62,998 nt of DNA from Octopus bimaculoides (Eukaryota), in the NCBI RefSeq assembly GCF_001194135.2, contig NC_068995.1, forward strand, positions 38,390,690-38,453,687, written 5' to 3'. The notes under the pieces were generated by a model. That model saw nothing but the letters and a program-made list of their open reading frames with translations, did no database searches and was not told the origin of the DNA. Below, piece by piece: positions 60,373 to 62,998 of this stretch. Numbering within the stretch: the stretch's first letter is position 1; the number at the start of each line of letters is the position of its first letter. Position numbers and translations under genes: made by a program.

Positions 60373-61474
60373 GTCCGAGCTAATATGAGTAATTTTACTT
60401 TGTGCATAACAATGGTGAGATTATAACGTAAGATAATTATTCGATAGGAAATATTGTTGTTTAGTGTGTATAGCGTTTGTGATATGAATGTATAGAAAGT
60501 ATATAGACTGTTTAAATTCGTCATTTTAATGAAAATGTAGACGGCAACAATTAGTTTCAAGTATACAATAACACAAGTAATATTTTGCCGTGCAAAACAG
60601 GAGAAAAATATACGTTTTGGAAAGCGTTACATTAAAATGAATAATATATTTCTTTATTTTGCAGAAAAGTATTGCTAATAATTTCTCATTTTAAATTCCT
60701 AGTTTTTCTCGAAATATTCAATTATTTTATTTCCTTCTTTAATATGGATGGTCACGAATATCCTGAATATCATATGGAACAGAATTCGTAGGAAAAAAGA
60801 AATCCTGCATTAGATATAACTATTGTATATGGTAGTAATATAATCTAAATTGCTGCGCTGCGTTATTTAATCGATTATAATATTTTTCTGAGCATGCAAT
60901 GTAAAATATACTTAATAACATGCAAACTATGTGGCACATTATACATAGTGAAAATATGGTTAGGGTTAGGGTTATCCCACGCAATTTATAAATAAGCAAC
61001 ACGGCTTTTAATTTATCGCTTTCTCTTCCATACTCATTTCTAATGTGTTGTTGTATATACTTTGGTTGAAACGAAATACGCAAACGTAAATTTACCTATT
61101 AAATAAATCTCACACCGCAAAGGTTTGCTAGATAACACAATCTCCATTTTACTGCTTTGCACATTGATATCCGTTGACACTAATAAGGGGATATATGTGG
61201 TAGCGATGCACAATTTATTTGAGCTGTACTAAAATTATATCTAAAGGTATACATGGGTATGTGTATACATACATATATACATTTATTCATACATACATAA
61301 TCAAATATGTCTGCGAAGACATGCGTAAGATAAAACATACAAATTTGCATGTATACAAACATACATACATACGAACAAAAATATCCTGTTTGTGTTGAAA
61401 TTCCAGTGAATGAGCCCTCTATATATGTTAAAAAAGACTCTTTATTGTAATGAAATCTTGAAATAATACGGATT

Positions 61475-61519
<45 letters not shown>

Positions 61520-62602
61520 NNNNNNNNNNNNNNNNNNNNNNNNNNNNNNNNNNNNNNNNNNNNNNNNNNNNNNNNNNNNNNNNNNNNNNNNNNNNNNNNN
61601 NNNNNNNNNNNNNNNNNNNNNNNNNNNNNNNNNNNNNNNNNNNNNNNNNNNNNNNNNNNNNNNNNNNNNNNNNNNNNNNNNNNNNNNNNNNNNNNNNNNN
61701 NNNNNNNNNNNNNNNNNNNNNNNNNNNNNNNNNNNNNNNNNNNNNNNNNNNNNNNNNATATATATATATATAGTTGAAATTTGTAGAAAAACAATAGCAG
61801 ACGGCAGGTATATGAATAACAAGCAGGTGTATTATTTTAAAGCTCGGGAAAATAAAAAAGTCCGTCTTTCACGCTTGTGGCCTACGCACTTCAACAGAAA
61901 AGAATAAGAGAAAATAGGGAGATAATGAAAAACAGCGACATGTTATGAAAAATAGGGACATGTTTCTTGTAGTTTAGTCTTCGGTGCAAAGCCCAAGTAC
62001 AAACGTTTGTACAAGGTGTTAAGGCCGTGAGGCATAATGCTAAACAATTTGTTTGCGAAGGAAGATATTTACCTCACAAGCACACCTGCATCTGTACAAA
62101 CACACGCACGCACACACACACACACATTCACACACACAGGCACACACGCACGCACACACGTACACAAACATATGCGCATTTGCTATCTCCTACTGATTAC
62201 TCTTCACATTCCAACACATCTAGACTTTAAACGTCAATACATTACAATCCACATTACGATAGCAATCCATATTCAACCATATTATTCGCTGATTTTCCTT
62301 TCACCCCTCTTTTCTCTCCAAACACAGTTTGTTTAAAATGTTTATATTACAAGCTTTGTACATTTTCTATGTATGTATGTATGTATCTATTTATCTATTT
62401 ACTATCTATTTATTATATATATATATATTGGATATAAATTAATTTTTAATTAATCAACATTGCCTACAATGGTTTCAATTTACGTTCGTTACAAACTACG
62501 AAATATATATAATAAAATAATTTTGCATTTTTTAAAGATTTTAATTAAAATATTTTCAGGGAAAATGGACATTACGGAATTTGCATGTGAATCAGTTGAA
62601 GT

Positions 62603-62639
<37 letters not shown>

Positions 62640-62741
62640 CTCACAAACACTCTGACAAATGTAGAAACGCACCTAGATACATCCATACATATATACATGT
62701 GTATATATACCTATATGCATATAAATATATATATATATATA

Positions 62742-62998
62742 TATTCAGGGGCCCACAGCTTTTTAATATTCTCCCAAAGAGCCTGAGGAATCTGCACAAA
62801 GTCGATGTAGGAGTTTTTCAATCAAAGCTGGACCTCTTCCTATCGAGAGTTCCAGATGAACCTACCTCGCGGCAGGAGGTGCAAATAAGGGTTGCTAAAT
62901 CAAACTCCATTCTTCACCAAGTGCCACATATTGTAAGAGGCTCCCTGTAATAACAGTGTAGCAACACGGTGGTGCATCAGCATGGCCGCAGCTCTAAG
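62742..62998 (+). mobile_element. 3' end of a CR1/L2-group LINE
   Basis: FRGPQLFNILPKSLRNL...FQSKLDLFLSRVPDEP...SNSILHQ*; the 3' UTR carries CAGCATGGCCGCAG, which is shared with the SINE tail. Clade assignment is approximate. Confidence 0.75.

Noticed and set aside
1-62998. CRISPR arrays or prokaryotic systems
   Set aside because: No repeat-spacer periodicity or cas-like ORFs; the sequence is eukaryotic.

Overview
AT-rich, microsatellite-dense animal genomic DNA from a gapped short-read assembly (many N-runs, most bordered by (TA)n/(CA)n/(TACA)n tracts). The receptor family and SINE types point to an octopus genome; this is inference, and no species is proven from the sequence. I found no intact protein-coding gene. 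The left ~24 kb is a tandem segmental duplication carrying two intronless, multiply disrupted Cys-loop receptor pseudogenes of the atypical nAChR-like / cephalopod chemotactile-receptor (CR) type (4629-5743 and 19368-20534), plus a duplicated 3' fragment. Just upstream of the second copy is a TSD-flanked chimeric retroposon made of a full-length 5S rRNA copy fused to a dimeric tRNA-type SINE. The rest is transposon debris: R4/Dong-clade RLE LINEs, Penelope-like elements with hammerhead-like ends, RTE, Tx1/L1 and CR1/L2-type LINE pieces, mariner/Tc1/Tc2-pogo and hAT elements, MITEs, foldbacks, and an unclassified tandem-plus-inverted repeat at 53.2-55.5 kb. All identities and counts were made by hand; no database searches were run.
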